A stretch of 64,000 nucleotides of DNA. Source: Raillietiella orientalis (Eukaryota). The translations under genes and the position numbers were made by a program. The stretch spans positions 186,001-250,000 of the forward strand of contig JAYWIR010000059.1 of assembly GCA_036172245.1 (NCBI GenBank), given 5' to 3'. Positions 1 through 9,984 of the stretch are shown here, one piece after another; position 1 is the first letter of the stretch, and each line of letters opens with the position of its first letter. The notes below the pieces were generated by a model, which was not told the DNA's origin, did no database searches, and saw nothing but the letters and a program-made list of their open reading frames with translations.

Positions 1-1070
1 CAGGGTACGCAATGAGGAGAAGCAGGTGCAGCGGGAATCGTGCTTAAGTATACTGTACTGCCGGTACCAGCTCAGCATCCAATCCGAACCTGTCCTCATG
101 TGCGCAGCCTCCGAGTCTGCGCACAGGGACTCCGCCAGTGCTCTTGCAGCAGCGGCCTCCCGTTTGGGGAAAAATAAAATCGCTGGGAAAAAAATCGGCG
201 TTCCCGATTTCCTGATGAAAGTGCGACCACGACGTGGTAGAGAAGCCACAGCAAGACGGCGAGGAGACACCCTAGAAGCGAATATTCGAAATCCTAATTG
301 GCTCAAGTTTCTTCCTTCGTTTTTCGTCAGGCACCCTTCCGGAAGCAGCGGGAGAGCGGCATTGCTACTTCGGTCCGATTTTCGACGTAACCTCAACACC
401 CGCGGAGGTCCATGACGGCAAGCGAGAGGCAAGGACACTTGCGCACCTGCCCCTTCCCTACCAAAAGGCGCATCGCGACCCGATGCCACCGTTGCCTTGG
501 TTTTGCAGCAGTGCCTTGGAGTTGCTTTCTGGATGCTTCCGCTTCCGTGGGAGACGCAACGGAGTGACCCGCGTGCCGAAATTGTACGTAAGGGGAGAAG
601 CAGCTTTTGGCCACCACAATCATGTACATTTCAAAGAAGACGGAATTCCTGACGGAGCGCGGTTATCCACTTCGGATTCTGTTGGCAAGCAGACGGGTTT
701 CCGGGCGTGGCGATGCAGACCTCGTACAATCCAAGGAAATTTGGCATTCATCTGCAAGGGTTTCGTAGAGTTTCGCCAGGGAGAATTGCTGCTTTCCTCA
801 AGAAACGCGAAAGGAGCCTTCTTTTCTCGATTTTGCTGGGGAGGACGGAGGTCGAGAGCAAAAGTGTTTCTCTGAAATCTCCCGAACTGGAAACTTTTGG
901 GATCCAATGTGATGCTTCATATTGGATCCACGTCAACCAATTCAAGAGAAGAGGACCGGATAGCACCAGCCTCACTCCTGGTTTCATCCCGAGTTCTCAG
1001 GACGTTTCAATATTCCTGAATCGAGATCTGTCGCCTACGGCGATTTCCCTTTCTCCTCGTTGCTGTATCT
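1..1070 (-). mobile_element. Decayed non-LTR retrotransposon RT/post-RT fragment, probably RLE-type (Utopia/NeSL/R2-like); runs off the window start
   Basis: Minus-strand GVRLVLSGPLLLNW (ORF 748-987) resembles the RT GVRQGCPLS..LFN motif. Near 1-130, AHMRTG...RLHLLLL resembles the SNHF.RTG...ARLNLLPL block that precedes the zinc knuckle in this group. Many frameshifts. Confidence 0.5.
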
Positions 1071-1095
1071 AAAGTTCCGCTAAGACAGTCCACAA

Positions 1096-1108
1096 GATAA
1101 GAACAGAT
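1096..1108 (-). ncRNA. 13-nt U2 snRNA fragment (U2 nt ~38-50), a target-site remnant rather than a gene
   Basis: The reverse complement reads ATCTGTTCTTATC, identical to the conserved U2 sequence GUAGUA-UCUGUUCUUAUC-AG as recalled. It directly follows ...CCTTAATTAAA at the 3' end of the RLE element. Confidence 0.65.
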
Positions 1109-2400
1109 TTTAATTAAGGAGATTGAGGTACAGTAAATAACAAATACAGTGGGACCACTTAATCACCATCTAAATATTCGCTCCCATTTCTATAAGGGAT
1201 GGAAGGTTGTAGGCTGGAACCTATAGATTTTCTTCCGGACGTCCTGTAGGATATCCCCCCAGGATATTCCACTTCTTGGTTGATGAGCTGTCTCATTTGG
1301 TCTTCATCGTTCAACCGAAGTGTGGTTTATGCATCGTCTAGAAGTCTCGCCCAAGTACATGTGTCCAGTACCGGATGAAAATGAGACCACCACAGGGTAT
1401 CTCATTTTTCTCCGAATACTTTCTAGGGGCGCCCGGATCACGAATCACAGCATCGTTCTCAGAGTACCAAGTTCCAAGAGATCTGACGATGAAGGCGCAA
1501 ACTTTGCACTGGTTCTTGTCTCGGTACTTGTTGATTTTTTCTCCTCTTCATTCCATGCTGAACGCCTGTTCTCGATTTTCAAATGGGCAGCACGCGTCTA
1601 TCCTCCTGCAGAACATTAAATCAGGCCGCAGGGTGGGAACAACTCCTGGAATCTTTCCATGACTGAGCACCAACTTCCATCCAGCCACATTCCACGCGGC
1701 GTTTCTTGAGCTTCCCCACTATTGCATCGTGTCGCGTGGTGCAGAGACGAGGATGCATCCTGCAGCGGTTTGCGACATGAAGCTGCATCCTTCCGTCCCG
1801 CTCCTCTGCTGCATCCTTCCGTTCCGAAGGCATCCATGTAATCAAGGTAGGTCTTGGAACGAGATGAGAGACGCATGGTCTCTGGGTTTCCTTCAATGGG
1901 CCTCCTCGGGTTTTCGAGTTTGCAGTTACGGATGAGGAAAATTTCCTTTCGAGCAAGAAGACGCTTGAAACTTCTCAGGGACCTCGGGAGGGAAGGGATG
2001 GCTCTGAGCTCCTCGCAAGGGAAGCTCCCTTTTCAGGAACTCTTCAGGAAGTCGCACCATGTAGCTACACGCGGGTGCATGCAAGGGTCGTCCACCTGTT
2101 GAAACACTTGAAATCGGGAAACAAGTGGGCAGACGGACAAGGCACGCGGTGCCGTGCTTTGAAGTCTGTCAGCTCTGCGTGATGTGTTGACAAAAGGAAC
2201 GAAGAGAAATCACTGACGACGGAAGGGACGATCACCACCGTGAGCCTGACTTGTGTGCATCCGTCCGATTGGATCAAGATGGGATCAGGATTGCGACCCT
2301 ATTTTCCATTCTCTGAATATTCCGAGGGACCTGACTTCCAAGATGCGGTTCCCGCTAAGGATGAACGAGTAAATTCTTCCAGTACTAAAAATTTTGCTTC
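1109..2400 (-). mobile_element. 3' part of a Utopia/NeSL-like RLE non-LTR retrotransposon (RT thumb remnant, zinc knuckle, RLE, 3' UTR), pseudogenised
   Basis: HVANRCRMHPRLCTTRHDAIV (knuckle + RHD motif, ORF 1621-1956). Then TLRPDLMFCRRIDACCPFENREQAF...KINKY...FIVRSLGTWYSENDAV (PD..D RLE motifs) at ~1430-1650. The 3' UTR ends in AATTAAA next to the U2 match. Confidence 0.8.
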
Positions 2401-2505
2401 CGAGTAACCCACGTTTGAGGTTATCGCAAAGGTCTGCCCAATCTCAGTTCAATGATCGATCCTCATTTTGGAGGGATGTCCATCGTGATCAACATCACCT
2501 CGATC

Positions 2506-2543
2506 ACTGCCTTCGAGGTGATCAACATCACCTCGAAGGCAGT
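2506..2543. repeat. Perfect 17-bp inverted repeat with 4-nt loop, preceded by a partial direct copy
   Basis: ACTGCCTTCGAGGTGAT-CAAC-ATCACCTCGAAGGCAGT; GTGATCAACATCACCTCGA also occurs just upstream (~2485-2503). Confidence 0.95.
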
Positions 2544-2743
2544 TGTTGGACATGTGCTGCCCATTCGAGGGTGAAAAAGAATCTTTCAGCACAGCTAGGA
2601 GGAACGAATTGGAAAAATATAAGGAAGTAGCCCCCCAGCTAGGTAAGGAAAGGAAGCAATGCACGGTGCATGCTCTCATCGTTGGCTCTCTGGGAGCCTG
2701 GGACCCAGAAAACGAGGAAGTGCTGCAGGATCTTGGAATTTGA
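2540..2743 (+). mobile_element. RLE domain fragment of a Utopia/NeSL-like retrotransposon
   Basis: LDMCCPFEGEKESFSTARRNELEKYKEV...VHALIVGSLGAWDPENEEVLQDLGI has the D..CPFE, K.KY and IVG.LG.WDP.N motifs. It is cut off at ~2740 by the 3' end of a Tx1-like copy. Confidence 0.85.
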
Positions 2744-3170
2744 ACCCTGTTTCTTTGGGATGTTTATTGTAAAACAAGAACAAAACAGACTATAAGGAGG
2801 AAGGGAAGAAGGGTATCCTCTCAGAAACACGAAACGCCAGAAAAAAAAAGTTCACTCGGGATAACCACCGGCGCTCAAGCAGACTTCCAAAGACTAGGGA
2901 ACGGAGGGGAGGGACAATAAATAAATAAAAAAAGACGGGAGGGTGGGGATAGGGATCTTCGGTATGTAACATTCCTTAATTTTCAGAAGCGACTGTGGAT
3001 GGTGGAAATCTTTTTGATGACTTCAGGAAGATGAGGCCACCTTGCTGCTGACCTTATGAGGGCTGCTGCCATGCTGGTGGTCTCCGCCTCGAACTTGATT
3101 CCTGCACAAGGTGAACTATCACTATGGCGCGGATGCAACAGATGGTTGCGATCACAGCGTCTCGCAACCC
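2740..3170 (-). mobile_element. 5'-truncated Tx1/L1-like copy: ORF2 C-terminus + 3' UTR
   Basis: The minus strand encodes AVIATICCIRAIV and SAARWPHLPE, matching AIIATTGCLRAIV/AIRWPHLEE (6090-6230) and ASRWPHLDP (9630-9660). Pyrimidine-rich UTR, AATAAA at 2763-2768. Confidence 0.75.
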
Positions 3171-4380
3171 TGTTTGCGTGTCAACACCGCCGGCTTCCAT
3201 CTTACGGCTTCGCTCTCAGGTGTGTCACTGCTCTGGTGAGAGCGAACACGTGGATTTCCTGCCGCCCTGCGAACATTCCGGCCTGGCGGTAGGAAAAAGT
3301 GAGGACGTGGGCTCACTCACCCAAACCCCGTCGGAAGTTACCCGCTGCCAAGAGTTTCAGAAGAACAGCGGAAGAACCCTGGAGACGGTGGGTAGTGAGC
3401 TGACCATGTTGGCCTACCCAGCAGCCACCCCCTTCGCCTCAGCGGTGTCCTCCGCTATCGAGGTACATGGCACCTGCCTACCGGCGAAGTGGGAGGTTTT
3501 TTGCGAGATCCCGCAGGAAACCTATCGGTGGCTGGACACCGCATCAGCCAGCTGACTCGGCAACAGCAAGAACCGTCTCCAAAGGACTCGAATGTTGGGG
3601 CGAACTCTTCTCCATTCAGCCCGAAGAGTTATAAGTGCCTCCCGTATTTATGGACAGCAAGCTGCTTCCCCTCAAGTGGCAGCAATCAGCGCTGCTGATA
3701 CTGCACTGGGGTCTTTCGAGCAATGCGCGACGGCACCACTGGACGAGGGGAGGCGCATCGTCGAACTTTATCGTCGAACTGTGCCAGATGTGGAAAGGAG
3801 ACATTCCCCCACCTCATAGTGCAGTACGTTGCCCTCCGAGAATTGTGGGAACGTTTCTCTGCGTCCCTTTCGCACCCCGTAGACGATCCCAGAGACTCAT
3901 TGAGGCCTCTCTTCGTGCGGCACGCCATGATGCGTGCAGCAACAATCTCAGCGCGGTGTCGTCGCGGCGAAGTGCGACGCCGAGAGAAGCCGGAGAAACA
4001 GGGAGGGCTGTCTTGCACTCCACCGCTTCCTGCGGATGGCTTCGAGGTGACTCCACCTGGAAAGGAAGGAAGAGGAACTCTCCAACATCCTTCAACCGAT
4101 GCGGAAGCCCCACCTATCACAAAATGTGATCCCTTCCCTCCCCCCAACTAATTTTTGTTTTTTTGTTGTTAGTTATAGTTTGTTTCCATTTTCTATTTTT
4201 GTTTTATCCCCCTTCCCCTTCGTGGACGTGATGGACCTCTCCGCTCCCCCTCTTCTTTCCAGTGTAACAATTGGAATTGGTAGGCCATCGGCTCCATCGA
4301 TTCCTGTTGGAGAATAAACATCTGGCGCAGCCGGGTGTGGAATCACAGCGTTTTTTTTCACTCGACTTTCTGTAAAAAGT
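3170..4380 (+). mobile_element. 5'-truncated Tx1/L1-like copy: post-RT region, zinc knuckle, 3' UTR
   Basis: LVRANTWISCRPAN, AKWEV, LPLKWQQSALLILHWGLSSNARRHHW and CARCGKETFPHL align with ORF 8478-9719. Frameshifted. Confidence 0.85.
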
Positions 4381-4620
4381 CTATTGCAGTGTCCTGCGGT
4401 TTGCGGAGTGCCGACGCGCCACTAGTCCTCGAGGTAGCTGCAGTTCAACAGGATGTGCAGGAGTGATTCCATCATCCCACACCTGGAACAGTTCAGGGAA
4501 GCGACTCCACAGGAAAGCAGGTGTCTGTGCTGATTGCACTGGAATCCCCAGTGCAGAGACAGCAGAACATCCTGTTTCCACCGGAGCGGAAACATGGAGA
4601 TGTCCACTCAAAGAGGAGAG
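4381..4620 (-). mobile_element. Tx1/L1-like zinc-knuckle fragment
   Basis: MDISMFPLRWKQDVLLSLHWGFQCNQHRH...NCSRCGMMESLLHILLNC (C-x2-C-x7-H-x4-C). Confidence 0.85.
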
Positions 4621-4689
4621 ACTATGAGTTCTTCGGGGGGCACACCAAGCAGATCATTTCATCACTTCATCAAACAGCAAAACAAGCGC

Positions 4690-7600
4690 AGACATGAAAA
4701 AAACTGGCAAAGCCAGCTTCAAGAACGGTAGAAAGGCTGACCTGAAGCCTGCCAAAAAGGCCACGTCGACCACTTCGCCTGTGGAAACGCAGACTGCCGA
4801 AGTGGAAGGAGTGGATCCTGGCTGGCAAATGGTCAGCTACAAAAAGGGAGACAAGAACAAAAATGAATCGACCCCCAAAGAAATCGCCAAAAACGCGATT
4901 TCAAAACGTAAAAAATGCACGCTTAACCTGCAGAGCATTCCCGTCGCCGCGAAGCAGTGCAAAATGGACGTTTCCATGTGCAACAGCGCTGACAGCCCGC
5001 GACAGTGAAAATAGTCATCGAGGGTTGCGGTGAGGGGGAGAGCTTTTGTCAAAGCGGCAGAGGAGCTGGCCGCCATGCTTCGGCAGTCTGCCAAGGCAGC
5101 CGACAGACGTCTGATCTCCAGGAAGGAGTCCGAGACCTCGGGCTCCGACCCAGTGGTCGGAAGCTCACCACCCGCGTCTGCACCTTCGCGAAATCCTGGA
5201 CGGAAGTTCAGGAATCCCAGGAGGATCGACTCTTCCAAAGAAGGCGAATCTTCCGGAAACGAGGATGTGGCGAAAGTGGGAGCTCAGGACTCGTCTCCTG
5301 ATACTCTCCCACTCTCAGACGCTGTGTAGCCCATGGAAGCGGAAAGGATCGCCGAGGTGCCCCCAGCCGCAGGGTCCGCAAGCAGCACCCCGCCTGGAGC
5401 GGAGTCGGGAGGCGCAGCATCATTTTCCCAGCAGTAATGTCGGGACTCGCCACCTGCCGTCGACTACGCGTTGCTGGCTGGAACGTTAACGGGCTACGCG
5501 ACGATGGCAGAAGACGAGACACAGCTGCCGCCCTGCAGCCCTTCGACCTCGTGCTTCTGCAGGAGATCCACCAGATCTCTGAAGAGATCGAAAAGATAGC
5601 GGGCGGTCAGCTCTTGTGACGTTGCTGCTCCTGCCGGTCATGCGGGTTCGCCTTCCTGCTCAAGCCTGCCCTGAGACGCGCGGTATAAAGCGTACGTTTC
5701 AACGAGGCAGGTCGAGTCGGTCAAATCATCTTCAGGTAGACAGACTCGATCGATCTCGTTACGAACGTGCACGCACCGAGCAGTGGCTGCGCTCGCACGG
5801 CCTAGAGAACCTTCCGTGTCCTGAAGTGCGACTGGCTGGCGGAGACAGGCGTGCGTGATAACCGGTGATTTCAACATCCGACAGTGCAACAAGAGACAGC
5901 ATCGAGTTTCAGAGGTGTCCGCGAACTGCGGCAGGTGCGGGGCGACGGAGTCCATCCTGTACATGCTTTTGGACTGCGGTACTCTTCAAAGACTGTGGCG
6001 GAGGCTGGCAACAGCACCCCTGCACCAGGAGGATACCGTAAGAGACGTGATGAGGCGGTTCTTCGCTGCGAACGGTCGCTCGACGGGAGCAATCATCGCA
6101 ACCACGGGTTGCCTCCGGGCTATCGTTTCGGCCCGAGAGGTGCAGGAAATCACTGCGCATAGGAGGGAAGCACCAAGATGGCAGCTACCCACATCGGGGA
6201 AGCTATAAGGTGGCCTCACCTGGAAGAAGAAAATAAGATCACCGGCATCCATGGTCGGATGGCTTGGAACGGTGAACCCGATGATCCTTATCCTCTCCTT
6301 CCATTCATCTCTTCTGTGTGTGTGTGTTTTCGTATTCCGCTTCCCACACGCTCCGTAACTTTCTTTGTGCTTTTTCTTCTTTTTTGTATTCCGGTGAATA
6401 CGGAGCGTCACCAAAGATCCCTGCCCCTTCCCTCCCATCTTGACTTTTTTTTTGTGTGTTGCCCCCTAGCCTCTACCCGGTCTACTACCGTTCCGGTCAT
6501 TCCATTTTTTCGGCCTGCGTACCGGAGGACTCTCCCTTTCTTCTTTTGTTGTCTTGGCTGGGAACTGTGTTCCCGACCGGTTTGAAATAAATGTCCCGGT
6601 GTAACCGGGCAACAAATTTCAATATCTACCTGCTGTCAGGTGCGGCGAAGAAAGAGGCCACCCCGGTTAACGAGATCTATGCTGCGATGCACGCGTCCAA
6701 CTTAGCCGGGGAGCTCGGGATGGAGGGAAGAGTGGACCACGTCTTCCTCGACGAGCACCTGAGTTCCCACTTGGGGAGGCAAGGAAAGATGCCGTCCACG
6801 CTCTCCGACCACTCCCAGGTGGAACTTGAAACTCTTTCGCGTAACAGGGGACCCCCCCTCTCAGGCGTGGTGACTTCCGAGGGACTGACTCAACACGTCA
6901 GGTGCAGAGGAACGCCTCCGCGCGTTCTTGAGAGCTTTCAGAGTGCAGACGCTCGACGACTAGGATGATTTGAGGGTCTCGGTCCGAGAGTTCTGTGGGC
7001 ATTTACCCTTGGACTGTCTCCCAAGAGGATTTGACGAGGGTGTTCGGAACGAAAGATTGTACTTGCAGGTTCATCGCTACACCCGAATACCGGACATCCG
7101 CCGACTAGCAGAGTCAAAGCCAAGCCTGGCAATCCGAGTCGGCCAGCCAGCTGGACGATGACGATCAGGAGCACTCAAACCCTGCGGCGATAAAGCGCCT
7201 AGTGCTCAGTTATTACTCCTTCCTCTATGCCAGGACACCTCCGGAGCGGGGCATCTCTCGGTTCTCGCTTCCGGAAGGCGCCACAGCGATCATGAAGGAG
7301 GAGAGAGTACTCCCCGACGAGCCTTTCACGAAGAGTGAAAGCATCACCACAATCGGGAAGCTCAAGAGACGGAAGGCACCAGGGAAAGACGGCCTGCCTG
7401 CGGAGTTCTTCCAATGCTTCGCGGCGGAGCTCACCTCCCTGGTGCAGCGCTTAACCCTGCTGATTTGGGAGACGGGAGACGCTTCCACCACCTTTCGATC
7501 GGCACAGATGCGTCTCCTCTCAAAGGGAGGGTACTTACGGAACCTCAGCAACTGGCGTCCGATCACCGTGTTGAACGCGGGCTCCAAGTAGCTGGCGAAA

Positions 7601-9928
7601 CTTTGGTCTGAGTGATTAGGGCAGCTTCATTAGCCCGGAGCAGAATTATGCTGTTCTCGGGAGGAGTATGGATCTCAACCTGCTCTTTGCGGACACCTGG
7701 TTCGGGTTCCAGCGGAGAAGAACGAACAAAGGGAACACGGGCGGCACCCCGAATTCCGGGAAATCCTCCGGTGGTAAGCGAGTTGGTCGGAAAGGAGAGG
7801 GGGCTCTTGCGGTAGAGTCTACTTGCGGAAAGCATCCGACTGCGTCGACCAGAATCTCCTGCTGGAGCTTCTGGGACGCTTGGGCTTCCCGGCCTCATTA
7901 TTGGCCTATCTGCGCTCCAGCTGGCGCGACGCGCTCATCAACGTTTCTTTCAGCGGGCAGACCGTGCACGGCGTGCCGGTGCAGCGTGGGATCCGGCAGG
8001 GAGACAGCCTGATTCCCTTGCTCTTCAGTACCTACTTCGAGTTGGTACTAAGGACGTACAGGGAAACTCTGGCGCGCCTGCCGCACGACTGCGCCGGTAC
8101 GCCGGCGATTTCAGCGTACGCGGACGACCTCCTGCTACTGCTCCCTATGTCCACTCCGGCTTCGGTGGTCGAGAAGTTCTTCGACCTGCTGAATCGAGGA
8201 ACTGGGCTTACGGTGAACAGGGCGAAGTCGTCCGTGATGCCAGTTGGTGCGGCGTGGGCAGGGCAGCAGGACTGGGTCCGTTTGGGGATCCCCACGGTGA
8301 GGTACTCCAAGTACCTTGGTGTGCCGTTGGGGGACTACTCCCCTGCAGAAGCGTGGTCCGGCTGCCTTCAAAAAGTAGAGACGGCTATCGGCCCGTTCCG
8401 AGGCGGCAGGTTTTTCCTGCCTGAACGGGCCGCGGTTTGGAACATGTTCGCGGCTCCTCTCCTCCGTTCCCTGCTTTTTGTTTGCCCCCCCCACAGAGAG
8501 GATCAAAAAGCGAACGAAGGACCTCCTCCGTATCGCCCTTTGGGGCAACGGGAGGGCCCGAGTCCGCTTGAAGGACTTGTGCGCTCTGCGTCGGGACGGC
8601 GGTCTCGGCCTCCTGACATTGGAGCGGCTGGAGCTTCAGCTCCAGTTTCGGATGACGGCCGTTGTGCAAGAGTTGTGGTGCACCTGCTGGTGCATCCCTG
8701 CACGCCTCCTCGTCAAGAAAGCCACCGGGAAGATGGGACTCACGTCCTTTCTTTCACTCCATCGCTCCCGCATCAACCGCTGTGGGCTCCAGCTGCGGAG
8801 GGTTGCTGCCTTGGTTCGGAAAAACTACGGATGGATCACCTGTCGCCCCGCGAACGGTTGTGCCTGGTTGCAGGAAACCGTTTGCACGTGGGCACAGTGC
8901 GGCATGCAACGCGCCCAACAGGAACGACGGTTCCTGTTTGGGTGCTACAGAAGTTGCACGCTCCGAGGGATCCTGGAGGATCCGAAGAAGCGAGCGTGGT
9001 CAGGAAGAACTCCCCTCGCTGCTGCTCTGGCCTCCCTAGTGGAAGATCAGGACAGCGATGTTGCGGCGAAGTGGGAGGTTACAATAAAAATCTCCGGGAA
9101 GGAGAAGAAGCAGAGAGAGTGGAAGACGGGCCAGCTAACTGATGCTGCGACCCCGAGTACGCCTCCTAATGGACTTCTGCGCTGGGGCGCGATGCTCGTT
9201 GTTCCGATTGAACATCTGAAGTGGCCCTTGGCGCTCATGAACACTTCCACCCTCCCCTTAAAGTGGCAGGAGTCGGCTCTACTGTTGCAGCACTGGGGAC
9301 TCCCCTGCAACGCCCGCCGACACCACTGTACCTGGGGAGCGGTCGATCCCAACTGTGTTAGGTGTGGGAAACGGGAGTCCCTCCCCCACCTCCCAGTGGA
9401 TTGTGTTGCCCTTCGGCCCCTTTGGTTCCGCTTTGCCGCGGCCATCGGTATCCCCTGCGGCAACCCCAGGGACGCATTGAAAGCCCTCTTCGTGGCCGAC
9501 GCCCTTCGGCCAGCGGCCTCGATAGCAGCCTTGTGCTGCCTTCGCGAGATCGTCGCCGCATGGAGCACGGCTACGGGAGGACCACGCGATAAGGATCCCA
9601 TCCAGGGCGCCGCCCAATTCATGAAAAGGGCGTCGCGATGGCCCCACCTGGATCCGCGAATGCAAGAAGAGCTTGCCGGCGTCCTGAGAAGGATGCAACG
9701 GCCCTACCAGCTACAGTGATCCCTTCCTATACCCTCCCACCTTTTCTTTTTGTTTAGTTTTTTGTTTATTCCCCTTTCCCCCTGCTGCCATGGTGGACCG
9801 TACCGGTCTGCGAACCGGTGACCCGGTAGGCTCTGTGTTTCTTCGTGCGTGGCTGGAGCATTGGTCCAGCCACTGCACTTTGTAAAAGTTTATTTTTAAA
9901 TAAACGCTCGGCGAAATTCGGGTGAAAA
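4690..9928 (+). mobile_element. Near full-length Tx1/L1-clade non-LTR retrotransposon (possible ORF1 tail, APE, RT, zinc knuckle, 3' UTR), inactivated, with a nested insertion at 5879-6615
   Basis: APE: LRVAGWNVNGL...DLVLLQEIH (5460-5570), ITGDFN (5858-5875), RVDHVFL...LSDHS (6730-6815). RT: KAPGKDGLPAEFF, NWRPITVLN, LRKASDCVD, RGIRQGDSLIPLLF, SAYADDLLL (~8110-8137), KYLGVPL. Then GGLGL and NCVRCGKRESLPHLPVDC. Stop at 9717-9719, AATAAA at 9899-9904. Internal stops (~6961-6968, 7589-7591) and frameshifts. The ORF1 assignment of 4690-5430 is weak. Confidence 0.92.
5879..6615 (+). mobile_element. 5'-truncated Tx1-like copy nested in the APE domain of the larger element
   Basis: QCNKRQHR...NCGRCGATESILYMLLDC...RWPHL, a pyrimidine-rich UTR, AATAAA at 6586-6591 and a terminal hairpin. 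Flanked by ATTTCAACATC (5868-5878) and ATTTCAATATC (6616-6626). Confidence 0.85.
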
Positions 9929-9946
9929 TCGAACGCTTTATGCAGA

Positions 9947-9984
9947 AGAGAAGATGAGGCACCGTATGGTGGCTCATCTTCTCT
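9947..9984. repeat. Inverted repeat (12 bp + mismatch + 4 bp, 4-nt loop)
   Basis: AGAGAAGATGAG-G-CACC-GTAT-GGTG-G-CTCATCTTCTCT. Confidence 0.9.

Noticed and set aside
1096..1108. Intact U2 snRNA gene
   Set aside because: Only 13 nt match; neither the 5' stem nor the Sm-site region is present.
2480..2545. CRISPR-like repeat-spacer unit
   Set aside because: Only two copies, eukaryotic context, no cas genes; explained by fold-back duplication.
5437..6615. Non-autonomous Tx1 derivative with an in-frame APE-zinc knuckle fusion lacking RT
   Set aside because: The APE resumes at 6616 and an 11-bp duplication flanks the segment, so nested insertion is more parsimonious.
9047..9698. Antisense ORFs over the Tx1 element (and similar ones over GAPVD1 and IPO11 exons)
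   Set aside because: Shadow frames of coding sequence with no recognisable motifs.
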